A stretch of DNA of 64,000 bases from assembly GCA_951406725.2 (NCBI GenBank), contig OX597832.1, positions 36,580,001-36,644,000 on the forward strand, given 5' to 3'. The position numbers were made by a program, and so were the translations under genes. Below the pieces are notes generated by a model. That model worked only from the letters and a program-made list of their open reading frames with translations, did not search any database and had not been told where the DNA came from. Source of the DNA: Octopus vulgaris (Eukaryota). Of the stretch, positions 63,176 to 64,000 are shown one piece after another (within the stretch, counting starts at the first letter, position 1; each line of letters opens with the position of its first letter).

Positions 63176-63405
63176 TTAACGCTTTAGCATTCTGATAATT
63201 CTATCTAATGTGTTACTTATTGGGTTCACCATGTTTGGAATGAATCCTGCCTTAATTGGTAGCTTTGACATTTCAGTGATGTGATTATTTATTTTTTTAG
63301 AGTGACACTCTAGGATGTATGAGAGGCTGAATCTGGCCAGTTTGAACTTAGAAGAGATAGAAAACTTGTGCCTGATCTGGCTGGTTTGGAATGCTAGAGA
63401 GTTAA
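63176..63405. mobile_element. piggyBac-type MITE with TTAA target duplication
   Basis: TTAA|CGCTTTAGCATTC ... GAATGCTAGAGAG|TTAA. Confidence 0.65.
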
Positions 63406-63409
63406 TATA

Positions 63410-63560
63410 GGGCTCAGAGAGATTCAATGTGACCCAATGTGACAAGGCTGACCTCTTTTACCAGCAACGTGAAATAAAATGTCTTGCTCAAGACACAACC
63501 AGGTATTGAACCCATACCTCATGATAGCGAACTGAATACCCAAACCACTAAGCCACGTGC
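63410..63560 (-). mobile_element. tRNA-derived SINE fragment of another family (V-SINE-like)
   Basis: TGTCTTGCTCAAGACACAAC...ATTGAACCC...AACCACTAAGCCAC is the reverse complement of an A/B-box head plus TGTGTC.TTGAGCAAGACA. Confidence 0.6.
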
Positions 63561-63767
63561 ATTTACTATCCATATACACTTCAACAACTGCAGTTATTGT
63601 GTCTCCATTTGTTCATGAAATTTTGACCTTCGCTTCATAGTATTCTATTTCATTTATGAATCTGAAGCAGATATCCATCATGTGACTCGTTATAAAGCTT
63701 TATTTGGCCATCTTAATTTTCGTCTTAATTTCTCGCTTTTCTTTCAACTTCAGATGATGAGGATATC

Positions 63768-63798
<31 letters not shown>

Positions 63799-64000
63799 AT
63801 GAGTACTTGTGTATGTGTGCGTGTGCATTCACGTGTGTGCAGTCCATGAGTGTTCACCCTTCAATCACGTTTTATGGTCTTAATTCTTCAGTATTGGCTT
63901 CATGATTGATTTATTGATTATAAAGAGCAGTGAGGGTAAATCAGAAAGCATTCAGATCTTAAACCTTCAAACTTAGACTTCTCTGCCAATTATGGAACAA

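Overview
AT-rich, microsatellite-dense eukaryotic DNA. The (TA)n/(TG)n/(CA)n load, the SINE families and the RTE LINE point to an octopus or other coleoid cephalopod (inference from recall, not searched). The window looks almost entirely intronic, inside a large + strand gene. I can support one clean internal coding exon (33294-33509, phase 0/0, Pro-rich) and two weaker ATG-initiated candidates ending at phase-0 GTGAGT donors (53227-53394, 57167-57289). The rest is decayed transposons: an RTE LINE with RT, other RTE 3' ends (one with two C2H2 fingers), a HERO-like RLE retroelement relic, a Jockey/I-like LINE relic, Tc1 and maT-like transposase relics, several MITEs and more than 25 SINE copies. 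The most interesting signals are: (1) two separate fold-back composites made of RTE 3' ends joined head-to-head inside microsatellites; (2) three unrelated short elements carrying minimal type-I hammerhead-ribozyme-like folds; (3) a near-perfect 77-nt hairpin in unique sequence; (4) candidate alternative first exons in the same phase. Most ORF-track entries are microsatellite or repeat artefacts. Repeat boundaries were read by eye and are approximate (about +/-10-20 nt).
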